64,000 nt of DNA from Gordius albopunctatus (GCA_964276515.1 OZ193909.1:16678001-16742000); one strand, 5' to 3'; shown: positions 46,257-60,700, counted from the stretch's first letter. Numbers and translations: made by a program. The notes: a model not told the origin generated them from the letters alone.

Positions 46257-47294
46257 GATATAAAGTGCCAAGGCAGTTGATATGAGATAGCCTGAGTTCC
46301 AATGGTGTACCCGAGGCTTATAGAATGTTAATAATGGATATGTATAGAAGCGCAAAAACCAAAGTACGGACATCCAGTGGTACATCAAAGGGATTCAGTC
46401 TAAATGTCGGTGTGCATCAAGGATCGGCCCTGAGTTCATTGCTCTTCATAACAATAATGGATTCGATAACGAAGAACCTGAAACACGAATCACTTTGGGC
46501 AATGCTCTTTGCGGATGATATCGTTCTGTGCGCAGGCTCAAACGTGGAATTAGCAGAGCAGGTAAAAGTGTGGATGGAACGAATTGAAAGCAAAGGCCTT
46601 AGGGTCAACCGAGATAAAACGGAATATGTATTCTTGGAGTCGGGGAATGAATACAAAGAAGTACGCCTGCAAATCGATGACTGGTTTTTAAGCAGCAGGA
46701 AAAAATTCAAATATCTTGGTTCTAGGGTACAATGTGATGGAGGTGTGGAAAACGAAATTAAGGCAAGAATAAACGCAGGCTGGCTAAAATTCAGGGAGTT
46801 GAGTGGTGTCTTATGTGACAAGCACATACCACTCAAATTAAAAGGACGGTTATATAACACCGTTATTGTATCCACGGTATTGTATGGAGGGGAAACATGG
46901 GCAATTAAGGCAAAATAAGAGGAAAGCTTGGCTACAATGGAGATGCGAATGTTGAGATGGATCTTGGGAATAAGCAAAAAGGACCATATAAGGAATCAAG
47001 ACATAAGGGATAAACTAAATGTAGTTCCGATTCAGAGAAAGTTGGTGGTAAGATGATTGAGATGGTATGGCCATTTGGAGAGACGGGAGGAAAGTCACTT
47101 GGCAAATCGTATCAAAAAAGTGCAAGTCGAAGGTAAGCGAAAGAGAGGGAGGCCTAAACTGACATGGAAGCATAAAATTAATATGGACTTGCGAAGGTAC
47201 GAGCTAAAGCGAAGTGGTGTAAGTGCAGGAATACATGGAGAATCTACTTGAAGGAGCTGACCACTAAATGTGACAAACAGCTATAGGAAAAAAA
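46257..47294 (+). mobile_element. 5'-truncated, decayed RTE LINE (different subfamily)
   Basis: GVHQGSALS, FADD, LYGGETW, RWYGH..RKRGRP; premature stops; A-rich end. Confidence 0.88.
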
Positions 47295-47599
47295 TATATG
47301 TTGCCTTTCAGGTTTGATTGTACAGAATTTTCTACCATCAAAAAATTTTTCATGCATAATTCCAAATTAATGCAAAATTTGAAGGCAGAAAATCAATAGG
47401 TTGTCTTACACTTGATTATTGTAGATTATTTTAATTTAAAATGGCAACAAATTATTTTGCATAGTTTTTTATTCACAGTGCAAAGTTTTTTTTTGCCATT
47501 TTTCAAGTTTTTATTCAATTTGCCATGTTTTTAATTAAATGTTATGTTTTTTATTAAATGTTCAGATTTTTGTTTATTTGCTCAGAGATTTCTTACACT

Positions 47600-50413
47600 T
47601 GCCAAGTTTTTTATGCAAAGCTTTAGGTCAAGTTCATTACATACACATGTTAGGTCAAGTTCATTACATACACATGATGAATTTGATATTATGGGGTCAA
47701 AATTTGACAAAAGCGAAATTAAAAAAATAGTTTCTATGGGTCTTAACCAAATTCTATATTGAATAATCTTCAAAAATCAGAGCAAGTCCCGTCCTTAAAT
47801 GAGTTAAGTAATTACCTAAGTGGTTTAAAAAAAGAAAAATATGGCCACACTTCTATAAGCTTGGGAGAATTAGAGTAGAGCATTGGTTTATTTCGAAATC
47901 CCATTACCTGATGATAATGATACACCTTATATCGTTTTTTACAAAATATCCTATGAAAACAGTCCATTTAAGTTTTTTATATCAAGAAAAAGGTTATATA
48001 TATGGTGTCATATTAAATAAAATTAATGTAGGCTACTCTTAAATTCACAACTATAAAAATTATTGCATGCTGATGCAACAAAGATAACATGGCAAGGCTT
48101 TTCACTTTTAATTATTGGAACAACAGATTTAGACAGGCACTTTCACCTTCTAGGAATTTGTGTGTGTATCTATGAGAAAGAAGAAGATTATGAATTTTTA
48201 TTTAGAAGCTTGGCTAGTGGTGTTAATGTATTAGTTGATATAAAGCTAACCTTTGAAGTAGAGACCAGATTGCCCGGCCCGCTGCCCGACCCGGCCCGCA
48301 ACTATTCTGAATTTTTATTTCCGGGCGGGCACGATGATAGGATTCAGGCAATTCGGGCTTAATGAAACTTTTTAGATAATGTATTATTTTGTTGCTTTTT
48401 TGTTTGATTGTATATGAAAATGCTAAAAGAGTTAAGAAAACTTGATTTTGCCATCCGTCCCTAAGTTATTTCTATAATTGTTGCCCGAACCACTCTATTT
48501 CCATCAAGTCCCTATCCCTAGCTACGTTCATGGAAATGATTGAAGTATTTATATTTATGTAGCCCTTTCAATGTTCGTAATTCACATGTGCCGTTTATAT
48601 ATAATACAAAAGCGTCATGCCCAAATTGACACAATGCATGCAAGTGTTAAATTTTCTTATAATATCATTTAATTTTTTTTAACAAATCTTATTTGGTTTA
48701 ACAAAACTTCCCCCATTCGCCTTATCACTCGTTGCTATCGCTAAGCTATTACTTATTCGTACAATAATAAATTTCTATACCTTTATTTTTTTGCTTTAAA
48801 TTAAAAAAAATACATAAATTACATTTAAATTCTATTGATAAATTATTGTTTTTTTTATAAAATAAGTAAGTTCTAAGAAAACAGATTGACTAATTGAACT
48901 AATTTCATTCATTAATAAGTTTTTATGGGGTAGGGGCTTAAACGAATTAACCCAAAAGGGGAGTATAATTTTGTTTATTGTAAGAGATTTTACAAAATAT
49001 GTATACTTTAAACTTAATTAAAAATTGCTGCAAAAATATTTTCATGGACATCAGCTGCATTTAATTAATATTTTGCTGTTATATAATTTGTAAACGTTCC
49101 AACATGTTTGTACCTGAATGCATTAGCAATTAATATATTAAAATATTGTGACCTAAAGCGGGTTTGCCATTGATGCCAATATTTTAAAGAAACTCTGGCC
49201 AAATATTTTATAAGTACCAAATACTACGCTTTTTTGACGTATTAGGTTTAAAATTAAAGATCAAAAGTTTCATTTGGAAAAATCATTCGACTTTTAAATA
49301 ATATAGGAAATTAGATTTTGTTCGGGATAATAAAAAATTGCTATATTTGTATTATCCAATATGCCATTAATTAAATGCCAATTTTTTAATAGTGGTTGAA
49401 AGAATTTGAGATCGCAAAATTTTGGGCCTTATAGGCAAATTTAATATTTCGGGCCGGGCATTTCAGACAGCTCTAATATTTTGGGCGGGCGCGGGCGGAC
49501 AGCTAGAAGGTTCGTGCGGGCTCGGGCGGGCAATGAGGTTAAGAAATTGAATCGGGCCGGGTTCGGGCATGAAATTCCAAACAAATCTGACCTCTAGTGC
49601 CATTCATAATGCTTTAAAAAGTGTGTATGGAAACAAAACGATTGTAGTGTGTTGGGCACACGTACAAAGAAATGTGTCAAAAAAGGTTCATTAGTAATAT
49701 ATAGTAGTTAATTAATTTTAAATACAGGTGATATTAGCAGATAAAAAGGATCAAGATGAAATTATTGCTGATATAGACAAGTTACAGTCGTGTCAAAGCT
49801 GTGGCATTTTTAAAAAGGCTTTAAAAAATTTTTGGCAAAATGGACCTATCGCCCACCACAGTTTACAAAATATTTTAAAAAGGAATGATTGTTAAATAAC
49901 AACACAGGTTATGAAGGGTACCGACATTATACACCTTCTACCAATAATGCTCTAGAATCATCAAGCAGGGTAATTAAAGATGAGTATATACTCCTAGGGA
50001 GCGAATATCTTTGTCACGATTTAAAGCTATGGCCATGTATATGATAGAAAAATGGCCCTCTTCCTATAAAAATGATAAAAAATTCATAACAAGCCCAACA
50101 ATTCAACTTAATTTATGTACCAGCAGCTACCAATGGGCTAATAAAAATAAAAATGTTATGTCAAAGGAAACCACAAACTATATTGAATATTATGTTCCTT
50201 CAGGCAGCAATGTGATTATTAAAGATGATATTGAAACTAATAAACAAATTAGTTACAGCTCATTTGATGAATATAAAAAGAACATTTCAAAATTTTGGAT
50301 TTTTAATTTGCCAATCAATATGGGATAAAGGAATTTGTAATTGCCCGACATTTTTCAAGCAATATATGTAAAGATGTGGTATGACTTTCAATAAATCTTA
50401 AACTATGCAAGCC
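47600..50413 (+). pseudogene. Decayed MULE transposase, paralogous to 26960-28859, split by a MITE
   Basis: HADATKITWQGF, CWAH, STNNALES, YQWA, CNCP; introns at homologous positions (47993-48031, 49686-49727); stops and frameshifts. Confidence 0.88.
48259..49596 (-). mobile_element. Non-autonomous hAT-like element (long copy)
   Basis: Termini TAGAGACCAGATT / AATCTGACCTCTA; GCCCG subterminal repeats; inverted homolog of 24042-24787. Confidence 0.85.
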
Positions 50414-50865
50414 CATGGGCGTTCCCACAAAATGACAAAAACACAACTTAATTTACTAAACATATTATGATTATGATGGTCCTTAAAGAAATTTTAAAGA
50501 GGAGATCTTATTAATAAATTCTTGTATTGTCTCGTATCGATGTCAAAATTCTCTTCGCAATTTAGACTCAATAGTCTCGTTTCGTCTCTTCTAGGGTTTA
50601 TGAGGCGAGATCAGTTTTCTAGGATTTTTCACACCTTTATTAATGAGCCTTCAGTTAATTTTCGCTTGTGTAATCGAAGAGGCCAGCACTTTCTTCTTAG
50701 GAGGAGAAAGAGGCTAGGATTTTGTCTTTGGATTGAACTGCCCTTCCTTGATATGCCATTGATTAAATCAAAGGTTAAATAACAACAAAATAAAAATGAT
50801 ATTTCTTTACCATACCGATTTAGAAATGAATAAATAAATAAAATGAGTTTTATACATGACTCCTG

Positions 50866-51060
50866 AAACAAATTGGAAAAGCGATCTCGAAGGTCTCTTT
50901 AGATCTCAAAGAGTCCTTTTTTATCAGGCAAAAGATCACAATAAAAATCGTTATATCTAACACGATTTTCATACACGGATCAATACCATCCATTTAGTTA
51001 TAGCGCGTTTTTATATTTTTTTAGTCGGGAGTGTAATTTTTTGTATACCATTTAATAAAA
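50866..51060 (+). mobile_element. CRE-like 3' fragment
   Basis: Nucleotide match (inverted) to ~45975-46150. Confidence 0.7.
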
Positions 51061-51724
51061 GTTTTGTACATTATAATTTAGAATATAAATCATTAAATTA
51101 AAAGGGATATAACCAAACTATAGCAAAAATTACCTATAGCAATCTAGACAATTACTTAAATAATAAACTAAGTATACTAACTAATTGCAATTTTCTAAAA
51201 GGGGTTAAGTAATGGGAACCGCATTTGCTCAACTGGTCTATCGCTCAAAAAATCTACAACCAATTAAAATGTAGTTCAAATTTGCAAAGCATGCTTATAA
51301 CTAATTATTTTTATATTTATTCATGTTATAAACGCTTTATAAGGTTGCAAAAACTTATATTAAACATATAATATATTAAGATTAACCTTTTTATTGCTGC
51401 ATATATTATTTCTTTTATATTAAGCATAAATTTTTAGAAGTTCTAATTTTTTATTGCTGCATATATATTTTCTTCCATAGTTTAGATTAAATGCTTTTTA
51501 AAAAGTTAATATGCATTTACAATATTTAATATTGTTATTTATAATAGATATACTTATATATAATGTTTAAATTATAATTTTTGAGGAGTAGATGAATTGT
51601 GAGTTTGCCGCGAAGACGCCCAAGAGCTTAGTTAGTGCAATCTAAGGTTGAGCCCCTTCTAACGCCAAATGGCGCATCAGGCCACGTTAGTGATAACGTG
51701 TGTAAATATGCTGTAAAAAAATGG

Positions 51725-54699
51725 TTAACATGCAGTGTAATTATGACATTTAAATATGTAATACCTATTGACTTGAAGTAAAGCCTTTAATGATAAGTTC
51801 GTAAATGAATAGTGCGTGAGGAGATCCTTACTGGGGGAGCCCCGCAATAATTTGTTCTTTGAGAAGTCTTTCCAAAGTTTCCTGTCTTGCATGATGGGCA
51901 GCAATGAATTCCAATCATGACCCATTTGGACATCGCGGAACACCTTGTATAGCCAGCTGCCATTGCATTTGCGACCTTTTAGCTGGGGTGGACACCTCAA
52001 CAGGGAAGATAGACAGTAGTTGGTTCCCTTCCTTCGCACTTGATGTGCCAAAAAACCCCATTTTCTCGCGAGTAGAATATTTTTAATTGGAGCGATTTTG
52101 CAACGCACCCATAGATCCTCGTTGGTTATTCTCATCGGATAAAATATCCGGCAAACGATACGTAGCATTTTATTAAGACTGACTTGCAGCTTCTTTAAGC
52201 TAGGAGCCTTCAGCGACCAAGATTCGCAACCGTATAGGAGGATTGGTAGGATCGTGACTTTGAAAATCCTCAAACGTGTCTGGAGCGTCAGTTGACGTGA
52301 GCGCCATAACACCGAGCATGAGTAGAATTTGACCATGGTCCGACGGGGCTTCGATTCGGCATCCGCTTCGGCGTAGGTATCTGGAGTAAGGTCCACTCCC
52401 AAATATCGGACTTTTTGAGATGCATTTATTACGTTGTTGTTGATTACCAGAGTAGAGTTCTAAGGATCGTTTATGCAGATCATTGAGCATTTGTCGGGGT
52501 TTATAAACAGTCCTGCTTGCTTGGCTTGGATGCTGAACCTGTCTAACTTTAGTTGTGCTTTGGAAATAGAAGGGGCCACTAGACATATGTCGTCTGCGAA
52601 CAGCAGGGATGATAGAGTGGTGTCGTTTAGTTTGATACCATCGGTCGGAAGTGTGGATCTCTTTATTATTAGATCCATCGCAATTATAAAGAGGAGAGGA
52701 GACAGCGGGCAACCTTGCCTGACACCAGATGTTACTGGTAAGGGTTCTGATTTGTGGTGGAGGTAGGAGATAACTAGTTTCATGTTTTCGTAGAGTAGAA
52801 AGATCATGAGAGTTATTTTCTTAGGCAATCCTAATAGGCATAGCGCTTCCCAAATGTATAGATGGCACAGCGAGTCAAAAGCTTTAGCGATGTCTAAAAA
52901 CACAAGAACCAGGGGGGAGCCGCTTGTCCGTGAGATATCCATTATGTTCCTTAAAGTTATTATGTGCTCTGTCGTCGTACGGCACTTCCTAAAACCTGTT
53001 TGATTGTTTTTAATTATTTCATCCACCTCGCTGTAAATTCGATTATAAATAACCTTGATGAATATCTTTGATTCAAGGTTAATGATAGTCACCCCCCGGT
53101 AGTTGTTGGGATTGGATGGATCTCCTTTTTTGAAAAGTGTGATCAAGTGACCTATTGTCCAGGAGTCCGGTATAACCTCTTTCGTCAAAATTTCCGAAAC
53201 AAGTGGTGCAAAAGAGAGCTAGAGATATGGGGGTCGGCTTTGAGTGCTTCTGAGGTTGGACCTGACGGGTCGGCCGCTTTGTGGGATTTGAGTGACTTGA
53301 TAGCTCTGTCAATTTCAGATAAATAGGGTGGGTCCGTATCGATGTGGAGGGGTGGTGGGCATTTTAAGTTAACGATAAATCCTCTGTATATATCCACTAC
53401 AGGGAATAAGGACTGGGGCGATAAAATTGAACGAAAATGGTCTTCCCAAGTTTTGGTTTGGGCCAAGGAGTCGTTGGAGCCGCCAACTGTGTTTATGCTG
53501 TTGTAGGCTCGTTTGGAGAATCTATTATAGTTAAGGCTGTCTAGAATGGTAAATAGCTGGTGATTGTTATTGGAACGTGCTGCCGCCTCTGTGGTTTTTG
53601 CGTTAATAAACGCAATTTTATCTTGTCTGATGCTGGATTTAATACGTTTGCTGAGAACGGATAAGCATGCGCTTTTGAAAGGAAACTCATTTCTATCAAA
53701 GTAGATGTTAGATTTTGTGTTGATGAGCCCAATTGTTTTTTCTGAAAACCATGTCTTTGTTCTAATTCGACACTGGTCCTTCAAGGGAATTGTAAATATT
53801 TCTGATATTTTTATGCTGTGGTCGTTTATCGACAGGTCGGAAATATTGTTATTTTGGATTTTTAGGTGAAGGTGGTCCCTAAATTCACTGGTTTATGACA
53901 GACCTTGGGGCCTTATTTTCGTGGTTTTGCGTGTCGAAGGAACCCGTAGGGTGTCTACTTTAAACACTAGTTCAGCGGCTATTGCACAATGGTCAGCGTC
54001 ATCGGTGAGGGGGTCCACAATTACATGAAAGTTTTTGACGATTTTTAGATGCCTTGACCTACAGATCAGATGGTCTATTTGGCTTGATTGCAAGTTGTTT
54101 TTTTTCCGGAAGGTGGCCAGCCGATTATAGGAATGATCTGAGAATGTTGAAGTTCGCCAATTTCCCATATTGCACCATTTTTTTTAGAATAATACCGTTT
54201 TTGTTGTTGGAGCCTAAGGTGTTAGGGCCTACTAAATTATGGTTGTCACGGTCTGTGCGCCCGACGGATGAATTCAAGTCGCCAATTATAATTGGCACCG
54301 ACTTGCGGCTTAATTTTTTTATTTTGTCAGAGAGAAGACTGAAAAATTCGTTAATAACCTTAGTTTTGTAGGAGAATGTAGGGGCATAAACGTTTATCAC
54401 CGACACCACACGTACCCCTATTGTTAGATTGATTATAAGAATCCTTTCATTTACCCAGTCGATACTCAGAACGGGAAGACGTTTATTTATGAAAGTTGAA
54501 ACCCCTGTTGCTGGATTATATGTAAACACACGTGGTAAAGGGTGTACTCTGAGCTGCTGTTGATCCTAGAATGAGGAATCCGCGTCTGCTGTAGACAAAG
54601 GATGTCGAGTTTATGATTTCTTGCATATGTTAACATCATCTGTTGTTTGCCTTGGATCATAAGTAAATTTATATTTATAGATGCTATTTTGATCTTCAT
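51725..54699 (-). mobile_element. Decayed near-full-length LINE (APE + RT, RTE-like) with multiple frameshifts
   Basis: CLQQTR, IGDLNS, SQIDH, DH; NYRGVT, QTGFR, FLDIAKAFD, GVRQGCPLSP, FADD; LLYGCESW, split across ~7 ORF pieces. Confidence 0.9.
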
Positions 54700-56594
54700 T
54701 AGCGGTTAAGTTAGTGTGGACGAGGTTGGGGAAGAAATTATAGTCGGATGAGTTGAACCTTTCTTAAATTTATATATTTAGAGGTGTCAAGTTGCAGACT
54801 ACAAGCCCTAGCCCAATAGTATGACGAAGTATTAATTAAACGGTTTCAAATCTCTTCTAAGAGCGAGGCTAGCAGCGAACGCATGACGATTAAAGTACTT
54901 AGCGGCATGATTGACCTGGGTTGATTTGGGAGTAAGTGGGTCTTAACCAAAGCTCATATGAGTAGAGCTGACGAGATGAAGTATTACCGAAGACATATGT
55001 GGGGAGTGAGTAGTTAAAGAGAGGTTTTAATTATTTCAAATGTTGTTTGAAGCATCTTTGTCCAATCACATATAATAATTATGCCGAGGGAAAGAAATTA
55101 CCAGGGCATTATAGATGCAGCAGGGTCGTGAGAGTTATTGTGGGGGGGGGGGAACTTAAATATCTCGATTATGTTGTTGCAACGAAAATTCTCTCATTAA
55201 AGCATCATGCACATGCATATAACTTACATGACGCCTAAATTCCCTGGGAGCGACGTGGCTTGATGTGTGGAAGGGGTGAGTCATAGTAAAAGTACCAATA
55301 GGTGTATACCGATAATGTCTAAAGAAGTTTATTAAGGACTGTGGGGGCGGCAGGGGGGTGGGTTTGACGAGTCCGAACAGTTTAAGTATAGTCCAACTCA
55401 CAAGATCAAAAATTTAGGCGGGATAGTATAATTATTAAAGTTTAAGCCCTTAATGTTTTTGGTCTAAAGGATGACGAGGGAGCTCTAGGGTATTTCCTTC
55501 TATATTAAAGTTTCACATCACTTACCAGTTTCTTTACTTTAGAATTAAGTTATTGAGTATAATGTTATGGTTATGGTATAGATATATGCATATGGGGCTA
55601 AACTTCAACGCTGCTATTAATAAATTCGTGAAGAACTGTAACGAAGCTAGGATAAGTTTAGAACAGAGAACCATATACCTTGTAAGACTGTTCTGCTTGG
55701 TAAACAGTTATTTGTCTTTTATGGGATAAATATTTAGCTAGATGATTTGATAGAGAAATAATATTATATATATTAGAGTCATAACCTAGATGCAAGCTTT
55801 TAAGTTCTATAAGACAGTTCTCATTAACTGCACTCTTTAGAGGGGATGGGAGGGGCAGGGCGAGAGAAACATAGAGTTATATAACTAGATTATTCGTAAA
55901 ATCCACATAATGGTTCAAAAATAAAATAATAAAGTGGGGAAGGGGAGGGGGGGAGAGAAGTAGAAGGTGTAAACACTTAACTAGACTCAAGGTTAAATTT
56001 AGCTCGTGCTAAATCAGATTATTTGAAACTTGGCGGGCCCTTGTCAAGAAAGGCGCCGGCCATTCAAGGAAATAAGAGTAGGCGTCTGCTTCCGTAGCAG
56101 ATTACTAGTTTCACTATTTTTAGATATAGGATATCAGGCGAAAGCTAGTGGGGAGGGCGGAGTTCTATACATGCTGTATGTTTGACAGGGAGAGTTTTAG
56201 TGTTCCTACACGGGATCGAGGCTGGATGGGAGGTCTCACAGCCATAACGTGGAAATATGTTAATTCTAACTACTAAATAATTGAAAAAGCGTAATGGAGA
56301 TATAAACACACTAATAATGTACATAAATTTTCTCCAGTTTTACTGTAATAATTTTAGGTTCTGATTATTATAGTGGCAGGAGGAATATAAAAGGGAAATT
56401 TTTAGACTTATATTAGATCAATAGTTCGATTATAAAATCTTATTTGCATTTTGATAAATAAGGAGGAAATTGAATTTGTGGTGTCAGCAATATGCTTTTT
56501 ATTTGTTTTAGTGGTTTTTATATTTATATTTATATTTTTTTTTGGTAGGAGGGGGGGGGTTAGCTTTATAGTTAAAAATAAATAAATATATCTT

Positions 56595-56785
56595 AAAATT
56601 CAATATGATTTAATTTATATCATTTCCACTATCAAAGTTTTCCAATGCAAATGTTTATATTTAGAAAGTTATTAAATAAAGTATAAGTAAAAATTCAATA
56701 TGATTTAATTTATTTTATTTCCACTATCCAAGTTTTCCAATGCAAATGTTTATATTTGGAAAGTTATTAATTAAAGTGTAAATAA
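56595..56785. repeat. Tandem duplication, 2 x ~95 bp
   Basis: AAAATTCAATATGATTTAATTTAT..AGTTTTCCAATGCAAATGTTTATATTT occurs twice. Confidence 0.85.
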
Positions 56786-57741
56786 ATAAAATCTTCAAGG
56801 GCACAATAGTAAAAACTATATTTACATTTCTTTATTTTGTGGGTTTTCTGATTTTATTAATAAGCTGGTATAAAGTAATTGATAAAGAATATCTGCTATT
56901 CATAAGGGTGTGGCCTTTTTAAATTATATCCTTATCACAAAATCTATTTCCCAAGAACCTTGAGAGTTCTTTATTAGCAATGTTCCAACTCAAAGGATTA
57001 AATATGTGCCCTATTATAATAACAATCATATTTAAGCCAAATAATTACAATTAATGATTTAGATCTATAGGTTTAAAATATTAGATTATTGAGCAATGAT
57101 TGAAAAGTTTAATCAAATGTTTAGGTTAAGACTTTAAGAATTGTCATAGGCCAAATGACAGATCAGCAAGCAACATATTATTTATATTCATTCGCTAAGC
57201 TTATGTTTGGTAGATAACATGTAATATATAGGAATATAAATGCAAAATGAAACAACATTTGAAACTAGGCAAAGACCTTTTATCATTATGATAAACATTC
57301 CTTATATAGAAATAAATATCATATCTTAAATAAGCAATTAAATCAAGCATTAATTATATTAAATAGAGCAAATAAGTAGCACAAAATACAGCGAGAGAAT
57401 AATATACCTTAGTTGGCCCGTCAACTTCTCTTTTGTTTTCATATCCCGACACCGTAACGCATCCATTCAAGTTTCAAGGAACAAATATTCCAGCAGGGAA
57501 TTAAAGGAACAACGTTTTCCATACAAAATTAAAAAACCATGCTGATTTCGCAATATAATCAAGAATTTAACACCAGCTTTAAAGTATCAATTGTGTATAG
57601 ACGAGTTGAGTATAAATCATGGGAACTACTTATCTGAAACATATGGCATAGACGAGTTGAAGGTAGTCAAATTCGCACTAAGTTTAGTTTTCACCTGTTT
57701 CAATAATTAATTTTTCTAATTTCCTAAATAATCGTTTTAAA

Positions 57742-60700
57742 ATGGAGCACGATCATCATAATCATGATTCTCATGATGTAGTAACGACGTCTACTAACTC
57801 TAGCTTTCTCGAAACGACTATTACAACCGTCGCATCGACTTTACTAGACGCCTTTAATGCTACTTTAAATCCTCACTCTATCCATGATCATCACCATATG
57901 CATGATGATACCAGCATTAATTTGGATACAGAATATGCTGTGCCTAGTCTCAATCACAATATGCACAGTGGACACGATTCAACAGCCCATGCAGTAAAAT
58001 ATTTGTTTTTTTTATAAATTTATAGGGATTAAATGAATAAACAACCATTGTATATATTAATGAATAATTTGATTTTATATTCCAATGTAGATGGCATTTC
58101 ATTTTGGGCACAATCAAGTATTATTTTTCAATGCATGGAAGATCAACTCACCAATAAGTAATGAAAATGTTATTTATTTTGTTTAAGTTATTTGCATCTA
58201 GAATATAAGCTTAATTGTAAGGGCTTTTGTTAGTTTTTGGGGATGGTAAATATTTTATAAGATAAAAAAATATTTTTTCAAAAGTTAGTAAAATTCTTAT
58301 TGTTTCATAATAAAAAGAATATGTATATTAATGTTTAATTATAAATTTAATTAATTAATATTATGTCAATTTTTTTAACCCAACAAAATCACCTTTAGAT
58401 TTTTAATTTTTTTAAATTTTGCACATAATCTTAAGTGTTCATTACTCCCTTGATATGTTTCCATTTTTTTCAAACTCAAAGTCATGAATTGCAAATAAAA
58501 TGTAAATGTCTCTTTATATGCCTGATAAAAAATGTATTAAAATAAAATAATATGCTATTGTCTGCATAATTTCCCTCTGTATTTTAGAATGCAATTACAT
58601 AAGTTTAGCTGGTATAATTAGTTTTTTTACTTCTCTGGTAATTATGATTTGACATATTTTTTTGAGTATTGTGCAGTTAATCCCATTATAAATAGTAGTT
58701 GTACTATTACAATAATTTTAGATACCTATATTTCATGTAGTATAAATATTGAATGTTTTATAATGTTAAATTTTGTTTTTTAAATTAGTCTATTGCCATA
58801 GTTGTGAAATGCTTCAAGTTTCATCTATTAAATCCATTCTAAAATATATGACATGAAAATATAATTTACAATATAATATCTAAATAAGTTTCTTAAATTC
58901 TAATTAGTTTTCATTCAAAGACAAACGTTTTTACACTTCCTGAAATTGTTTAGATTTTGAATTGAAAAATATTTAATTAATCGATTTTCGTTAATTGATT
59001 TCACCTAAGTGCAAAGCACTAATATTCACGGAAATTAGATGACGTGGGAACCTATAATATAATGGAGGTTGCTCTAGCATAATGCCGCAGACTAGCTTTA
59101 TCCATTTTTTAGTGATAAAATATTAAATTTTCAAAATAATTAATAAAAAGGGGATATATTTTTTCAATTAGAGGCTTAATTAATATGTAAGTTTTATAGG
59201 GGGATGTAAGTTGTTTCAGACGGTTAGGTTAAATTTAAACGAATGTTCGTGACTTTCATTTCAAGGTTAGGTCAAAGTTTTGCCAACTCGGTAGATGCTA
59301 GAAACTCTGGATTTATTTTGATGCTTTTACTTTCTAGTCGGTACTAAGATCTTTAATTACATCTAATTTATTATATTTACCAATTGAACATGTTTTTAAA
59401 AGTTGTTTTTATCGTTTTGAACTGACCCTAAGTACTTAAGCCACCCTACACTGCAGGTTGCCCTGTTCTGTTGGGTTCCATTCATTTAAAGCGAGGATAG
59501 AATAAGCTTTGCTCGCTGCTTTGCGCTTAACCTCGTAAGATGGTTTTTGTCTTTTGTAAAACACCATAATAATTTACACTGTAGCCTTCTTATTTCTCCT
59601 TTTTCCTTGATTGGGGGGGGCGTTAAAATTTAGGGTGGCCCGTCAACTTGCCGAATTGAATGTCGCAATGTTAAAAAATGTCCCCCAACAAAAAAGCATA
59701 TTAATCATTTAATTTCTAATTAAAGTTATTATTTAGGCATTTTTTATAATACAATTGGTAATCATTATAAAAGGTATACTCAATTTAGGGCCCCCTTTAT
59801 GATAATGGGGAGATGGTCGTTAATGTCCCAGCGTTAATTCGGCAAGATTTTTTTTGGCGAGTTGATAGGCCACCCTAAATTTAGTATATTTTGCAATTAT
59901 TTTAATACATCGACCATTAACCGATTGAGTACCACCCCACTTTTTCTTTGTTTCTCCGGCTTAAACATTGACCTATGAGGCAATAGACCGACAAGACAAC
60001 CACCTGATTTTTGCCCTAAAATTATCGAGTGGTGAGATTTTTTCGTTGTGCGCGATTGTGCAGGTATAATTGCGAAAGTTATGGGATAAATATGATAACA
60101 CAAAGGATTGTCCCGGGGAAAGTTTAGCATTTAATAATTCAACAAAATAAAAAACGTTTATAGTTTGTTAAAAGGTACGTCAAACGCGGTGGCTTGCAGC
60201 CCTGATTAGCCGGTCGCTAAACTAATAGTCCATCCGTGGTCTTAATGAATATCAATGAATCCTCAATTTTAGACCCCCAACAGTCGCGCGTACATATAAT
60301 TTTAACCTCAAAAATATCGATCTTGACATTATTATTATTGTCGTGTAGAGGAAGGACTCCCTTGGCTCCAATTAGTTAAGGAGGAATAGTATATGGTTGG
60401 TGACGTAGTCGCCTTTTCCTACGCTATCGCATTACTTAATTTTAACGAAGAAAACCCTTTCCTATTTCCTATCCTATATTATTTTAACCTACCTACATTT
60501 CCCCCTTTTACGGGCGATGGGTTGGTTGGCCAAGGGAAATTTTAATTTTTTAATATTGCGTGTTATGTATTATAATTATAAGTATGCAATGGCTTAGCAG
60601 GGAGGGGCCGCTGCCCCCCTCTAAATCCAAAAAATTGTTGAAATTTTACATGGCTCAAAGTCAATATATTAACTATTAGAGACCTGCAACGGGCCTGTTT

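Noticed and set aside
54945..55000. Hammerhead ribozyme (CTGACGA...GAA)
   Set aside because: No stem II and no GAAA core could be formed.
55047..55401. ORF1 of the minus-strand LINE
   Set aside because: The position is compatible, but no zinc knuckle, RRM or esterase motif is recognisable.
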